Positions 1 to 9,886 of a stretch of 64,000 nt of DNA are shown piece by piece. The stretch lies in assembly GCA_938014335.1 (NCBI GenBank), contig CALLRP010000006.1, forward strand, positions 14,226-78,225. Reading direction: 5' to 3'. Below the pieces are notes generated by a model. That model had not been told where the DNA came from. It searched no databases and saw only the letters and a list, made by a program, of their open reading frames with translations. This DNA comes from an uncultured bacterium. Lineage in GTDB: Bacteria > Hydrogenedentota > Hydrogenedentia > Hydrogenedentales > Hydrogenedentaceae. Position 1 is the first letter of the stretch; each line of letters opens with the position of its first letter. The position numbers and the translations under genes were made by a program.

Positions 1-309
1 CAATCTCTCCGAGATTCTATTGAAAGAGGGGGAGGGTTAGAAGTTCCATTGCGAGCATCTGCCGATGTGATTCCTCCGGTTGTTGCAGATATGTTAATAA
101 CAGGGGAAGAGTCAGGAAGTATAGATAAAATAGCTGAACAAATCGCTGAAATATATGATAATGAGGTTCAAGTGGCTGTTAATACCTTAGGTGAAGCACT
201 ACAACCTATTTTTACAGTTATTGTAGGTATTATTGTTGTAACCTTATTTGTTTCTTTGTTCTATCCGATGATTAGCATGATAGAACAGATAACAAATGCC
301 AGCGTCTAA
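1..309 (+). CDS. Type II secretion / type IV pilus platform protein PilC/GspF, C-terminal fragment. The gene starts upstream of the window.
   Basis: The ORF runs off the 5' edge of the window. The translation ...ITGEESGSIDKIAEQIAEIYDNEVQVAVNTLGEALQPIFTVIVGIIVVTLFVSLFYPMI matches the conserved last cytoplasmic segment and final TM helix of the GspF/PilC family. Confidence 0.75.
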   Translation, partial: QSLRDSIERGGGLEVPLRASADVIPPVVADMLITGEESGSIDKIAEQIAEIYDNEVQVAVNTLGEALQPIFTVIVGIIVVTLFVSLFYPMISMIEQITNASV

Positions 310-331
310 CAAATTCATACATTACATGAAC

Positions 332-369
332 GAAACGGGGCAAACATAATAAAATGTTTGCCCCGTTTC
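332..369. terminator. GC-rich perfect hairpin between convergent genes, probably a bidirectional intrinsic terminator.
   Basis: gaaacggggcaaacat-aataaa-atgtttgccccgtttc forms a 16-bp perfect inverted repeat with a 6-nt loop. It lies 23 nt after the pilC stop and 21 nt after the stop of the minus-strand gene that ends at 390. Confidence 0.6.
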
Positions 370-389
370 TATTGGAAAGTTCACATAAT

Positions 390-1619
390 TTATTTGGTTT
401 CAAAAATATTCTGAATCGTTTGCAAATCCACTCCCAATACTTTTTCTGCGAGATAATTTAATTCTTTTTCACTTCCTACAAAGTGGAAAGTCCGATGCGT
501 ATGTTCAACATATTCTCCTTTCTTTAATTCCTCCGCAGGAGAAGAAGTTTCTAATTCATAGAAAGGACCCAGAGGTTTTTTCCCGGGACCTAACGGGCCA
601 TCGTTATAAGAATTAATTACATCACCGCCATACGGGTCTTTTTGCATTTCCCACATCGAATTAACATAGGGTTTAAGCATGGTAGGCTTACTGTATTCCA
701 CAATGGTCAATACTTTATTCTTTGCATCATAGCTTCCACATACAGATAATGCTCGTTTTGGGGAAACTCCTATTTTGCTGCGATATTGCCCATCTCCACG
801 GAAGAATACCGCATTTTCTTTTACAACCAGACGGTCTGGAGGAACCTTGCCGAAATAAGCATCATTTACTTTGGGACCTAAAACCTCTTCCGGACCGGGT
901 AGGAACGGAATGACAATAGTGGTTTCTGAAGAAGGGTTAAACATTCCTAATATCCAGATAGACAATAGCCCTTTTTCTTTACTCCAATCTTCTGCCCCAG
1001 TATTTGTTATTTTATTTTTTGATTCAGCTCCTATGTATTTAATATTGGAAGGAATGGTCACTCCTAAAGCACCTGCTATTTGTTCTTTGGATAAAATGCT
1101 GACCGTTCGTTCTATTAATATTTGGAAATCGGTTCCTGACCAGTTTTTTAATTTTGCCTCCTTTTTGAAAGATACTTGCCTTTCGTTTTGTGAAATAACT
1201 TCATACGGTTCTGTATCTATAACCGCGGGGGTTTGCCAGTGTTCCAAATCGAAAGGAGCATTGATGGGGAAGAAAATACCATACTGTCCCCCTTCAGGAC
1301 CAATCCAGAAACGATCTTCACCTCCGAACACATTAATATGGGGTTCAAATTTTTTTGAGGAAATTAATTCACGATTAATCCATCCAAAACTTAATCCTTC
1401 TGCTCCTTCTGCGGTACTTGTCATGATACGTCCCTGATACTCGGGGACAATTGCAATTTCGCCATCAGATTCTGCATCTTTCAATACAATAACAGTTACA
1501 TACTGTTTTAAAAATTCCACATCATCTTTGAAACGAGAATCTGAGTATGCGGTATTGTAAGAAGAACAGAGGACAAACATTAGTAAAGATAATCCAATAA
1601 TAAACATAACCTTTGTCAT
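390..1619 (-). CDS. Secreted hypothetical protein (409 aa), family not recognised.
   Basis: It has an N-terminal signal peptide, MTKVMFIIGLSLLMFVLCSSYNTAYS. It is a long uninterrupted ORF with normal codon usage. The opposite-strand ORFs inside it (722..913, 871..1437) look spurious. Confidence 0.6.
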   Translation of the reverse strand: MTKVMFIIGLSLLMFVLCSSYNTAYSDSRFKDDVEFLKQYVTVIVLKDAESDGEIAIVPEYQGRIMTSTAEGAEGLSFGWINRELISSKKFEPHINVFGGEDRFWIGPEGGQYGIFFPINAPFDLEHWQTPAVIDTEPYEVISQNERQVSFKKEAKLKNWSGTDFQILIERTVSILSKEQIAGALGVTIPSNIKYIGAESKNKITNTGAEDWSKEKGLLSIWILGMFNPSSETTIVIPFLPGPEEVLGPKVNDAYFGKVPPDRLVVKENAVFFRGDGQYRSKIGVSPKRALSVCGSYDAKNKVLTIVEYSKPTMLKPYVNSMWEMQKDPYGGDVINSYNDGPLGPGKKPLGPFYELETSSPAEELKKGEYVEHTHRTFHFVGSEKELNYLAEKVLGVDLQTIQNIFETK

Positions 1620-1759
1620 ACATTATCTCCTTTTAATTAATTATTTTTAAAGTAAATGTTAACTTATTTTTGTTTCGGAAAGTTAAACCAAAAGTATTAT
1701 AATATAACATCTAATAAGAAACTTATTAATTTTAATATATTTTAGGAAAAATTTTCGCT

Positions 1760-3892
1760 ATGAAGTTGCTTGCTTACAAAAAAACACGTGAGAAAAGAGT
1801 AAAAATCCTTTATATTCTTCCCTCTCATTATGATGATGACGGTTATCCGTATCGTTTCTGGAAAGGATTACTGCCATCAAACACACTCGTGTGTATGAGA
1901 GCATTAACAGAAAAGTTAATTAGAGATAATAAAATAGACCCTGCATTCGAGGTTCGAGTAGAGATAATAGATGAGTTTGTTCATGGAATCAATGTTGAAA
2001 AAATAGTTAAAGAGAGCAGGAAACAAAAAGAAAAATTAATTGTGGGGTTGGTGGGGGTGCAAACGAATATGTTTGCTCGGGCAACTGACATAGCCAGGAT
2101 GTTTCGTAAGCATGATATACCAGTAATGATGGGTGGATTCCATGTGAGTGGTGTTATAAAGTTATTCGGTCCACATACTTCGCACTTAAAATTCCTTATG
2201 GATAATGGTGTGAGTCTGGTTTGTGGAGAGGTGGAGGGGGAGGAAGTACTTGCTCGGATATTAAATGATGCTATTCATAATAATTTACAACCCTGTTACA
2301 TTATTCAAGAATCTCCTAATATTGATGAGGCTCCTATTCCTGAAGCAGATCCTGAATACTTAAAACATTTCATGCAACCCATGTGTACCATAGATACAAG
2401 TCGTGGATGTCCATTTAATTGCTCTTTTTGCACCATAATCAATGTCCAAGGGCGTAAAATAAGATGTCGTTCTGCGGAAAGAATTTTAGAGGTTATCGAG
2501 AGGAACTACGATAATGGGTTTTATAGTTATTTCTTTACTGATGATAATATGTCTCGTTCCCCTATTTGGAAAGAATTATTTACAGGGCTTATTGATTTGA
2601 AGCACCAAGGGAAGAAGATTCGATTCATGATGCAGATTGATACACAAGCATGGAAAATCCCTGATTTTGTTCGGATGGCTTCAGAAGCAGGATGTTATCT
2701 TGTATTTATTGGAATGGAAAGTATCAATCCGCAAAATCTAATTATGATGAAAAAGACACAAAATAAAACTTCTGAGTATGCTGAAATGGTGGAAGCATGG
2801 CATAAAGCGGGGGTTCTTGTTCATGTAGGGTATATTGTGGGGATGCCCTGTGATACCCCCAAAAGTATTATCTATGATGTTAAATTATTAAAAAGTGAAG
2901 TAAAAGTTGATGAGGCTTCCTTTTTTATCATGACCCCACTTCCGGGTTCAAGAGACCATAAAGAGCGTCTTGAAAAAGGAGAAAAAATATCAGAGGATTA
3001 TAATTATTATGATAGTTGCCACGAAACTTTCCTTCATCCTAATTTTAAATCTGGAGAATTAAAGAAATCCTGGCTAAAAGCATGGTCGCTGTTTTATTCT
3101 AAAGACAACATTATTGATATATTACTTCGTTGTCCACCCGAACAATATTGGAATGCTTTCTGGCTAACTTTATGGAACCGATATTCAACTTTATTGAGTA
3201 ATCATCCCATGAGTATGGGATTTTTGAGAAGAAAAAAACGCAAAGAACGTTGTCCAATGATGAGTGTTGAAAGTCGAGGAGAATTCCTAAGGAGAAGAAT
3301 TAAGGATTTTGCCAATCAAATCAGGGTAATTATACAGGTATTTTATGAATATCAAGAAATCTGGTTACTAACACGGAAACAATTAAAAGAAAAGAGAGAA
3401 TCCTTATCTTTTGCTTATTCATATCTTCAAGAAGTTCGTGTTCGATTGATACAAATGGTTCAATCTAACCAATACACTCAGTTTGTTTCCCAGGAGTATG
3501 ATCAACTTCTTCAAAAAGCAAACGAGTTAATCCTTCAACTGTCTCAAACTTCAGGACAGATAAATAAAAAAATCCAAAGGAAATTAGAACAACAATTAAG
3601 TGGATTTCGGGAACAGTTAAACAATTTAATACAAAAATCTTGTGCCCCTAATTTTGATAATTTAATTTGGCTGGATGCACTTGTGAAAAATAGAATCATC
3701 TCCAGCTATGAAGAGATAATGATAAAATCAGTTGCACATCGAAGAAAAATCAATCGCTGGTGGTTAGGAATAAAACATGATTTGTCTCATGGAACATTTC
3801 GACTACGAAACATGTTTTATATACCAGAAGTGTTATTATATGAAATTTCCACTGGATTAAGATTTGCTATTTCAGCAGTTCGGATGAAGTAA
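1760..3892 (+). CDS. B12-binding-domain radical SAM protein with a ~280-aa C-terminal helical extension (710 aa).
   Basis: The N-terminus has a Rossmann-like B12-binding region (VGLVGVQTNMFARATDIARMFRKHDIPVMMGGFHVSG). The radical-SAM cluster motif is CPFNCSFC. The basic, coiled-coil-like C-terminal tail resembles the DUF4070-type tails seen on B12-rSAMs. Upstream there is an AT-rich region with a TATAAT-like box near 1698..1703. Confidence 0.8.
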   Translation: MKLLAYKKTREKRVKILYILPSHYDDDGYPYRFWKGLLPSNTLVCMRALTEKLIRDNKIDPAFEVRVEIIDEFVHGINVEKIVKESRKQKEKLIVGLVGVQTNMFARATDIARMFRKHDIPVMMGGFHVSGVIKLFGPHTSHLKFLMDNGVSLVCGEVEGEEVLARILNDAIHNNLQPCYIIQESPNIDEAPIPEADPEYLKHFMQPMCTIDTSRGCPFNCSFCTIINVQGRKIRCRSAERILEVIERNYDNGFYSYFFTDDNMSRSPIWKELFTGLIDLKHQGKKIRFMMQIDTQAWKIPDFVRMASEAGCYLVFIGMESINPQNLIMMKKTQNKTSEYAEMVEAWHKAGVLVHVGYIVGMPCDTPKSIIYDVKLLKSEVKVDEASFFIMTPLPGSRDHKERLEKGEKISEDYNYYDSCHETFLHPNFKSGELKKSWLKAWSLFYSKDNIIDILLRCPPEQYWNAFWLTLWNRYSTLLSNHPMSMGFLRRKKRKERCPMMSVESRGEFLRRRIKDFANQIRVIIQVFYEYQEIWLLTRKQLKEKRESLSFAYSYLQEVRVRLIQMVQSNQYTQFVSQEYDQLLQKANELILQLSQTSGQINKKIQRKLEQQLSGFREQLNNLIQKSCAPNFDNLIWLDALVKNRIISSYEEIMIKSVAHRRKINRWWLGIKHDLSHGTFRLRNMFYIPEVLLYEISTGLRFAISAVRMK

Positions 3893-3895
3893 AAA

Positions 3896-4684
3896 ATGCC
3901 AGATATAGACATACAACATCGCAGGGTAGGGGTTATTATGCTTCATGGTTCCTGTTCCATGAGTTGTCTATTTTGTATTACAGAGAATAGCATTACAGAA
4001 ATGTCTCCAGAACAGGTAAAAACCATTTTAAAGCTTATGAAAGAGCAAGAAATGGAAAGTGTTGTTTTTGGAGGAGGCGAGCCACTACAATGGAATCATT
4101 CCTTATCGGATTCCATAAAATTAGCGAAATCTATGAGACTTCACACACAGGTAGGCACAAACGGTGTGGGATTAAATCCAGATGTAATTCAGAATTTAAA
4201 TGCAGACCGATATGTGCTTCCTATGGATTCTATCAATCCGCAAATTCATAATTATCTCAGAGGAGGATTCCGAAAACATTACGATATAATAAAAAAAAGA
4301 TTGAGATATTTAACAGAAATAGGGGTGCCTTTTACTATTTCCACAGTTGTTTGTAGGATTAATTTAGATATGTTAAATGAAATAACAGCTTTTCTATTAC
4401 ATTTGTGGGAAAAAGGAGCTCGAATCCATGCCTGGCATTTATATCGTTTTCTACCCATGGGTAGGGGTGGATTGAAAAACGCCAGCATGCTTCATATTAC
4501 CAAAGATGAATATTTTGAGAAAACGGAAGAGATAAAGCAACGTGGAATGCCTTTCCTCGTGTATCGTCGACCTAATATGCAGTTGTCAAAAGAAGTAGAT
4601 TTTTTTTGGGCGGAAGCAGGAGAAGTCAAAGTCGGCAGTCAGGTATGGGAAAAGAAGAATTCTACTTATTGTCTGTGTGAATAA
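3896..4684 (+). CDS. Small radical SAM enzyme of the PFL-activase/NrdG/QueE-like 'single-cluster' type (262 aa).
   Basis: A CSMSCLFC motif sits at residues 19-26 and a GGGEPLQW motif about 35 residues later. It starts 4 nt after the stop of the 710-aa rSAM, so it is probably in the same operon. Confidence 0.7.
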   Translation: MPDIDIQHRRVGVIMLHGSCSMSCLFCITENSITEMSPEQVKTILKLMKEQEMESVVFGGGEPLQWNHSLSDSIKLAKSMRLHTQVGTNGVGLNPDVIQNLNADRYVLPMDSINPQIHNYLRGGFRKHYDIIKKRLRYLTEIGVPFTISTVVCRINLDMLNEITAFLLHLWEKGARIHAWHLYRFLPMGRGGLKNASMLHITKDEYFEKTEEIKQRGMPFLVYRRPNMQLSKEVDFFWAEAGEVKVGSQVWEKKNSTYCLCE

Positions 4685-4692
4685 TGTATTCA

Positions 4693-6465
4693 CTATTTTT
4701 TAGGGGGAACAATGGAGATATGGAGTTCTTGAAGTTGTTTCGGTGTAACTTCACTGGGAGCGCCCATAAGTAGGTCACGTGCTTTCTGGTTTAGTGGAAA
4801 TGCGATGACTTCGCGGATATTAGGAGAATCCGTGAGCAACATTAGTATTCGGTCGAAGCCGGGAGCAATTCCTCCGTGAGGTGGGGCTCCGTAATGAAAG
4901 GCTTTCCACAAAGCAGGAAATTTATTTTTAACAACTTCAGGGGGATAGCCAACAATTTCAAAGGCTTTAAGCATGATTTCAGGCTTATGATTACGAATCG
5001 CTCCGGAGGAAAGTTCTACACCATTACATACAATATCATACTGATACGCCAGGATATCCAACGGGTCTTTGTTTAATAATGCATCCATTCCCCCCTGAGG
5101 CATCGAAAAAGGATTGTGTGAAAAATCGTAGTGTTTTTCTTCTTCATTCCACTCAAACATGGGGAAGTCAACAATCCAGCAAAAGGCGACCTGGTTGGGG
5201 TCTATCATGTTTAACTGACGGGCAAGGTAAGTCCGAACCTTGCCCATAAGAGTGTTGGTTTCATTCCTTGCACCGGCTCCGAAGAAAATTGCATCGCCTT
5301 CTTTCATCTGAAGTTTCTGAATGAGTGCTTGTTTTTCTTCCTCTTTCATAAATTTTGCTATAGGACCTTTAAAATCCCCTTCTTTCAATATGAGCCACGC
5401 TAATCCCTTAGCTCCTTCACTTTTTGCATATTCTTCTGCATCATCAAAAAATTTGCGGGGTTGCTGGTCTGCACCAGGGAGATGAATAACTTTAATAACT
5501 CCACCTGTTTTTATCTGTGCACTGAAAACTTTCAGTTCGGAGTTAGCAAATATATCAGTACAATCATGCATTTCAAGTCCATAGCGGAGGTCAGGCTTAT
5601 CGGTTCCGTATTTTTCCATAGCTTCCCGATAGGGGATGCGGGGAAATTTTTCCCAGATGATATTTTTAGTGGACAGTTCTTTGAATATACGAACCATCAA
5701 TAATTCGAGTTCATAAAATATATCTTCTTGTGTTACAAAGGACATTTCTATATCAATTTGATAAAATTCTCCGGGACTACGGTCTGCGCGTGAATCTTCA
5801 TCACGAAAACAGGGTGCTATCTGGAAGTACTTATCGAAGCCAGAAATCATCAGTAATTGTTTAAACTGTTGGGGAGCCTGGGGAAGAGCATAAAATTGCC
5901 CGGGATAGATTCGACTGGGAACCAGAAAATCACGAGCCCCTTCCGGCGAAGAACTTGTGAGTATGGGAGTATGAAATTCATTAAATCCACGAGAGATTAA
6001 ATGTTCTCGGACAAGTTTCGCTAATTTTGCTCGTAACATAATGTTTTTATGAAGCGTATTTCGCCTAAGGTCTAAAAATCGATATTCCAGTCTCAGTTCT
6101 TCGGGTGCTTCTATTTCTTTATTAACAGGAAAAGGTAATTGTTCACAGGCGGATTCGAGAAGAAAACTATTGGCGATCACTTCTATTTCACCCGTTTCAA
6201 TATTGGGATTAATCGTTTCGGGTGTTCGCGCAACAACTTCTCCCTCAATAGTTATTACACTTTCGTTTCGTACACTTTCTACTTCGGAGAAAAAAGGACG
6301 GTCAGGATTGACTACAATTTGTGTCATTCCGTAATGGTCGCGCAAATCTATGAAAATCACTCCACCGTGGTCTCGTTTTGTATGTACCCAGCCGGAAAGT
6401 TTGACAGTTTTACCTACATCAGGTTTTCTTAACTGATTGCAGTGATAGGTTCGGAAAGGGTGCAT
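4693..6465 (-). CDS. aspS: Aspartyl-tRNA synthetase, bacterial type (590 aa).
   Basis: The N-terminal OB-fold anticodon-binding region is HTKRDHGGVIFIDLRDHYG. Class II motifs are present: FYQIDIEMSF, and the motif-3 region GGIAPGFDRILMLL. Confidence 0.95.
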   Translation of the reverse strand: MHPFRTYHCNQLRKPDVGKTVKLSGWVHTKRDHGGVIFIDLRDHYGMTQIVVNPDRPFFSEVESVRNESVITIEGEVVARTPETINPNIETGEIEVIANSFLLESACEQLPFPVNKEIEAPEELRLEYRFLDLRRNTLHKNIMLRAKLAKLVREHLISRGFNEFHTPILTSSSPEGARDFLVPSRIYPGQFYALPQAPQQFKQLLMISGFDKYFQIAPCFRDEDSRADRSPGEFYQIDIEMSFVTQEDIFYELELLMVRIFKELSTKNIIWEKFPRIPYREAMEKYGTDKPDLRYGLEMHDCTDIFANSELKVFSAQIKTGGVIKVIHLPGADQQPRKFFDDAEEYAKSEGAKGLAWLILKEGDFKGPIAKFMKEEEKQALIQKLQMKEGDAIFFGAGARNETNTLMGKVRTYLARQLNMIDPNQVAFCWIVDFPMFEWNEEEKHYDFSHNPFSMPQGGMDALLNKDPLDILAYQYDIVCNGVELSSGAIRNHKPEIMLKAFEIVGYPPEVVKNKFPALWKAFHYGAPPHGGIAPGFDRILMLLTDSPNIREVIAFPLNQKARDLLMGAPSEVTPKQLQELHISIVPPKK

Positions 6466-6682
6466 TTACTTTTCTCCTATTATGGTATTTAGTAAGGCTA
6501 TATATTTTTGAATTAACAAATATTCGTGTATAAAGACAATATTTTAAAAAAAAAGGTAATTAAGAGTATAATATCCACTTAATCCCCCAAATAAGTATAT
6601 ATTAGCGTAATAGTTTAAATGAATTGAGGGAACTTTTTCAATGTAGAAACTCATATAATTATTAACTTTTTAGGAGTAAAAA

Positions 6683-7693
6683 ATGATAAGAGTAGGAATA
6701 GTTGGTGCCATAGGTTATGCGGGACGAGAGTTTATTCGTCTGATAATAGGACATCCACAGGCGCAGTTGGTTTGTGCTATAGAAATGGAGGCAGGTAAAA
6801 AACTACAGGATGTTCTTCCTAATCTCCGTAAGTTAGTTGATATTGAATTAGAAACATTTAACCCAGATGTAGTAGCCCAAAAATGTGATGTGGTGTTTTT
6901 TGCATTGCCTGCGGGCAAATCGATGCCATTAATAGCGGAGTTAGATAAGAAAGGTGTTGTAGTGATGGATTTGGGCTCTGATTTGCGAATTAAAGATGCA
7001 AATGCTTATGAAAAATTTTATAAAATACAATATACTCATCCCGAATTCGTGGCCCGTTCGGTTTATGGATTAGTGCCGTGGTATCGTGAACAAATTAAGA
7101 AGGCTGATTTTGTGGCCGTTCCGGGTTGTTTCCCTATCAGTGCTATTTTACCATTGCGTCCTTTGGTTGAGCATGCAAAACCGGATATACCCATAGTTAT
7201 TGATTCTGTTTCAGGGGTTTCTGGAGCAGGGCGTAGTTTGAACGAATTATTCCATTTCCCAAATATGAATGAAAACATGCGTGCATATCGTATTGGAAAT
7301 CATCAACATGTTCCCGAAATAGAACAAGAAATAGGTGGAAAATATCAGGTCCAGTTTACACCTCATGTGGCACCACTTACGCGTGGAATTCTTTCTACAA
7401 TTACACTAAGACCTACAAAAGGTGTAAATCCCGCAGATATATATAAATGCTATGAAAAGGAACCTTTTGTACGCGTTCTACCTGAAGGACAATTCCCAGA
7501 AATAAATTTTGTTCGTAATTCCAATTTCTGCGATATAGGTTGGACTTATGATAGACGGACAGGAAATATTGTAATTATTAGTGCTATTGATAATCTCGTT
7601 GGAGGTACCGCGGGCATGGGTGTTCAGTGTTTAAATGTCCGATTTGGATTTCCAGAAGACACAGGGCTTCGTTTCCCGGGAATGATGCCATAA
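6683..7693 (+). CDS. argC: N-acetyl-gamma-glutamyl-phosphate reductase.
   Basis: MIRVGIVGAIGYAGREFIRL is an NAD(P)-binding N-terminus. The length is 336 aa. An AGGAG RBS lies upstream. It is followed directly by argJ and argB. Confidence 0.93.
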   Translation: MIRVGIVGAIGYAGREFIRLIIGHPQAQLVCAIEMEAGKKLQDVLPNLRKLVDIELETFNPDVVAQKCDVVFFALPAGKSMPLIAELDKKGVVVMDLGSDLRIKDANAYEKFYKIQYTHPEFVARSVYGLVPWYREQIKKADFVAVPGCFPISAILPLRPLVEHAKPDIPIVIDSVSGVSGAGRSLNELFHFPNMNENMRAYRIGNHQHVPEIEQEIGGKYQVQFTPHVAPLTRGILSTITLRPTKGVNPADIYKCYEKEPFVRVLPEGQFPEINFVRNSNFCDIGWTYDRRTGNIVIISAIDNLVGGTAGMGVQCLNVRFGFPEDTGLRFPGMMP

Positions 7694-7726
7694 TAAATAA
7701 ATTAATAATAGATAAAGGAAATAAAA

Positions 7727-8938
7727 ATGAGTATAGTTCCTATTGATGGTGGAGTTTGTGCAAGTTTAGGTTTTGAATCCGCTTCTGCTTCCGCAGGGAT
7801 AAAGAATCCTGAAAATAAAAGATTGGATTGTGCTTTAGTGGTATCAAGAAATAAAGCAAATGTAGCAGGGACTTTTACCACAAATCGGGTGAAAGCAGCT
7901 CCTGTATGGTGGTGCCAGCAAATTTGTGAGAGAGGGGAAGCTCAGGCTGTATTTATAAATAGTGGTAATGCGAATGCATGCACGGGGGAGCAAGGGAAAA
8001 AGGATGTAGAACAGACTGCGGAAGAATTAGCATCATTATTGAAGATAGGAAAAGAATGTGTGTTGGTTATGAGTACCGGTGTAATTGGGGTTCCTTTACC
8101 AATGGATAGAATAAAAAAAGGAATACAGGAATGCTTAAAATCTTTGTCTTCTGAGAATCATTTAAACTCGGCGAGAGCCATTATGACCACAGATACAGTC
8201 CCGAAGGAATATGCTGTAGCAGTGCAATTATCCAACGGGATTGTTCGCATTGGTGGAATGGCAAAAGGAGCCGGTATGATTTGCCCTAATATGGCAACCA
8301 TGTTATGTGTTTTGACAACAGATGCTTGGATTGATAAAGGGCAACTTAAAAGACTGCTTTTAAATGCGGTTCAAAAATCATTTAATTGTATTGCCGTTGA
8401 TAATGATATGAGCACAAATGATTCGGTAATTTTAATGGCAAATGGAGCCTCAGAAATAACAATTCAACCTGGTTCTGAAGATGAAAAATTATTTTTTGAA
8501 GGATTACAACAGGTATGTATTCGATTGGCACGAAATATCGTTTCAGATGGCGAAGGTGCGACCAAATTAGTAGAAATTAGAATCACTGGGGCAGATACAG
8601 AAGATAATGCGAAGAAAATAGCAAAATCTATTGCAGTGTCCCAGTTATGCAAAACAGCATTTTTTGGGGGGGACCCAAATTGGGGTAGAATTTTGTGTGC
8701 TATAGGATACAGTGGAGTTCCTGTAGAGTCCGAAAGAATAAAACTTTGGATAGGGGATATACTCGTTTTTGAGGAAGGACTGCCTGCTCGATATGATGAA
8801 AAAGAAGTAGCAGAGGTAATGAGAAATAAAGAATTTACAATTCAAGCCTTTTTAGGTATGGGTTCAGAAGAAATATATTATTGGACTTCTGATTTAAGTT
8901 ATGATTATGTGAAAATAAATGCAGATTATAGAACGTAA
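7727..8938 (+). CDS. argJ: Bifunctional ornithine acetyltransferase / N-acetylglutamate synthase.
   Basis: The conserved self-cleavage region is ...GMICPNMATMLCVLTTDA (the ATML autoproteolysis site). It is 403 aa and has an RBS, AAGGAAA. Confidence 0.93.
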   Translation: MSIVPIDGGVCASLGFESASASAGIKNPENKRLDCALVVSRNKANVAGTFTTNRVKAAPVWWCQQICERGEAQAVFINSGNANACTGEQGKKDVEQTAEELASLLKIGKECVLVMSTGVIGVPLPMDRIKKGIQECLKSLSSENHLNSARAIMTTDTVPKEYAVAVQLSNGIVRIGGMAKGAGMICPNMATMLCVLTTDAWIDKGQLKRLLLNAVQKSFNCIAVDNDMSTNDSVILMANGASEITIQPGSEDEKLFFEGLQQVCIRLARNIVSDGEGATKLVEIRITGADTEDNAKKIAKSIAVSQLCKTAFFGGDPNWGRILCAIGYSGVPVESERIKLWIGDILVFEEGLPARYDEKEVAEVMRNKEFTIQAFLGMGSEEIYYWTSDLSYDYVKINADYRT

Positions 8939-8955
8939 TTTTGCAAGGAAGATTT

Positions 8956-9825
8956 ATGAATAAATTGATAGAAAAAGCCAATGTTCTGATTGAAGCATTG
9001 CCGTATATCCGTGAGTTCTGGGGTAAAACAGTGGTTATAAAATACGGGGGTGCGGCAATGATAGAGGAACGATTAAGACAAAGCACAGCAGAAGATATTG
9101 TATTGATGAAATATGTTGGAATGAATCCCATTGTTGTTCATGGAGGAGGGCCCTCCATAAATGAGATGTTAAAAAAATTAGGGATTACACCTCAGTTTAG
9201 CCCACAGGGACTTCGGATTACAGACGAAAAAACGATTTCTGTTGTAGAGATGGTTCTATCGGGTGTAGTAAACAAAGATATTGTCGCCTTAATAAATCGT
9301 GCTGGAGGCTCTGCGGTTGGTATTAGCGGTAAAGATGGTCGCTTACTTTATGCCGTCAAAAAATACGCAGAGGATGGGACAGATATTGGCCAGGTAGGAA
9401 GAATTACAAAGGTGGAAACAAAAGTGATTCAGGTTCTTTGTGAAGCGGGTTTTATACCTGTCGTTGCTCCGTTAGCAACGGACGAATTCGGTGGGGTATG
9501 GAATATAAATGCAGACACAGTAGCAGGAGATATTGCCTCTGCGATGAAAGCAGAAAAATTAGTATTTCTAACTGACACCCCCGGTTTATTGCGTGACCCT
9601 TCCAATCCTGAAACATTAATTCATCAACTGCCCTCGAATGAGATTCAGTATCTGAAAGATGAAAAAATAATAAGTGGAGGTATGATTCCTAAGATTGAAT
9701 CATGCTTAAAAGCATTGGACCATGGAGTCCGCAAAACCCACATTATTGATGGTCGTATTCCTCATAGTTTATTACTTGAAATCTTTACTCGTGAGGGACT
9801 GGGAACGCTTGTATATCTTTCTTAA
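8956..9825 (+). CDS. argB: Acetylglutamate kinase. The start is moved from the TTG at 8941 in the ORF track to the ATG at 8956.
   Basis: VVIKYGGAAM is the amino-acid-kinase family N-terminal motif. AGGAAG lies 5 nt upstream of ATG 8956. This gene completes the argCJB cluster. Confidence 0.9.
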   Translation: MNKLIEKANVLIEALPYIREFWGKTVVIKYGGAAMIEERLRQSTAEDIVLMKYVGMNPIVVHGGGPSINEMLKKLGITPQFSPQGLRITDEKTISVVEMVLSGVVNKDIVALINRAGGSAVGISGKDGRLLYAVKKYAEDGTDIGQVGRITKVETKVIQVLCEAGFIPVVAPLATDEFGGVWNINADTVAGDIASAMKAEKLVFLTDTPGLLRDPSNPETLIHQLPSNEIQYLKDEKIISGGMIPKIESCLKALDHGVRKTHIIDGRIPHSLLLEIFTREGLGTLVYLS

Positions 9826-9886
9826 TGAATTATCGTAATAAATAAAGATTATATAAATTTAATTCGTTTGAAAAGGAGATTATCTG

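Noticed and set aside
722-1437. Plus-strand ORFs 722..913 and 871..1437 inside the minus-strand secreted-protein gene.
   Set aside because: These are antisense shadow ORFs within a long, well-formed gene, and they have no start context. The same reasoning applies to other internal antisense calls, for example 4279..4488, 4876..5076, 5461..5703, 6139..6432, 14620..14919, 16339..16758, 36885..37442, 41361..41690, 42021..42455 and 48195..48590.
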